Positions 62,496 through 64,000 of a stretch of DNA of 64,000 bases are shown here, in pieces (within the stretch, counting starts at the first letter, position 1; each line of letters starts with the position of its first letter). The notes beneath the pieces are model-generated. The model had not been told where the DNA came from. It searched no databases and saw only the letters and a list, made by a program, of their open reading frames with translations. The DNA is taken from NCBI RefSeq assembly GCF_040938485.1, contig NW_027271003.1, positions 744,001 to 808,000 of the forward strand, given 5' to 3'. The DNA is from Diadema antillarum (lineage: Eukaryota). Made by a program: the position numbers and the translations under genes.

Positions 62496-64000
62496 ATCAT
62501 TTTGAATTGTTATCCCGGGTTAAGATTACTGACAAGTCTCTGTGTGGTCAGAATGATGACACGCCCCTCACACTCATTCCTTACAGTTTTTTTTTTCTCT
62601 CTCTCCTTCAGCTTTTTACTTCTTTCTCTCCTTTCAACCTCCTTCTTTCTTGTTCATAAAAGGTCATCGAGGTCACAATTTTTATATCATTACCCGATAA
62701 CATAATACAAATGAGTTCTATCATGCTATTTTCTTAATGGACAACTTTCCCGATCACGTCACTATTGGACTTCTGAGTAAGGTTGTACATGCATCTATGG
62801 CTGTGTTCGTATATGTATACCTATTTGTGTATACACACATTCATATATTCTTTTCTTTATCTCTTCTTCTCCTTCTCTATCTTTACTAGACCCCTCATTT
62901 ACCCATTCTACCCTGGTCTTTCCATCTGTTCTACCATCAGGTGAAAGCCTTCATTGACTCTGTAATCATTTTGATGAGGCCACCTTCCCTTTCACGTTGT
63001 TGTATCTCTTTATCTTTGCAATTTTAAAATGTGCGGTCCATGATATGTATGTATGCATTTATTACTGTGAAAGCTAAATAGGATATAAATGTGTCATTTT
63101 TCCATTCTGCATCCCCATACAAACGTCTCCATATATGTACATGCATATGACTGTGTATGTATGTACAGTATGATTATACCTGTATATGCATGTATTACAT
63201 AAACATCCAAATATTTGTTAGACCTTTTTTTTTATCCACTTTGCCTTGTCCTTCCCATCTGCTCTGGCAGGCGAAATTTTTCACTGATAATGTTATTATT
63301 TTGATGGGGCTACTTTTCTGATTATGTTGCTGTTCATTACCGAGTATTTTTTTTATTTTTTTCAATATCTATTAAAAATATGTGTGGTTTATGATATGTT
63401 TTACTGAGAATGCTATGCAGGACATAAATATGTTACTTTTTTTTAACTCTGCCCCCCCCCCCCATAGAAAGGTTCGTTTATTTGTGTGTACATGCAAATG
63501 ACTGTGTATTTGTGTGTATTGTGTACACCTGTATATGTATTGTATACACATATCTACTTATTCCTATCTCTCACAACGTTATCTTTTCCCCATATTTCTG
63601 CAAATTCTGAATGGAGAAATATGAAATTTTTATCCATATTTTTGGACAGTTAGACGAATTTTTCTGTGAATGTGATGTTATTTTGATGATGTTTAAAGAA
63701 GAATGTGGGTCACGGGGCTTTGTAGGGGTCGGTTGAGAGTGCTAGGGTAAATAAGTCATATGTGATAATTTAGCCATCAGAATTAAATTTTGTTATGAAA
63801 TTTAAAAACAGTGATTTAATTATATTGGGGGTTGTGCAATCACATTTCTAAATACCTTTTATTTATCAGTCATGTAAACCTGATGTTTTGTGTATGATGT
63901 TTTGTTGTTTTATTGGAGTAGAGGCAAATCAGTCGTATAGTTCTGTTTGTTTTGACAAATGCGGAATATGTTCTTATCTTGCATAATGCTCAACCTATTG

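Overview
Eukaryotic, intron-rich, AT-rich genomic DNA from a marine invertebrate. An echinoderm or other invertebrate deuterostome is my inference from the repeat and gene types. There is one assembly gap (13143-13278). Host genes: (1) scattered + strand exons of a spectrin-repeat cytolinker (7501-20379); (2) a frameshifted V-type Ig gene (+, 22809-23602); (3) two paralogous single-exon 4-Ig type-I membrane receptors in tandem (-, 33971-35989 and 39656-41683); (4) a complete 12-exon kynurenine/alpha-aminoadipate aminotransferase gene (AADAT-like, -, 42407-55039, 430 aa) plus the last two exons of a tandem paralog (60084-61601). Mobile DNA: an L2-type LINE inserted in a MITE; an intact RTE-X-like LINE inserted in a CR1-type LINE; several LINE 3' fragments; many MITE/foldback families. 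Both long LINE ORFs start with a hydrophobic leader followed by a 2A/StopGo-like xxExNPGP motif. The best leads are the intronless Ig receptor pair with shared tyrosine motifs, the leader+2A LINE architecture, and the duplicated AADAT with Leu in place of Arg20. Most short ORFs in the track are spurious. All exon models were called by eye and need transcript confirmation.
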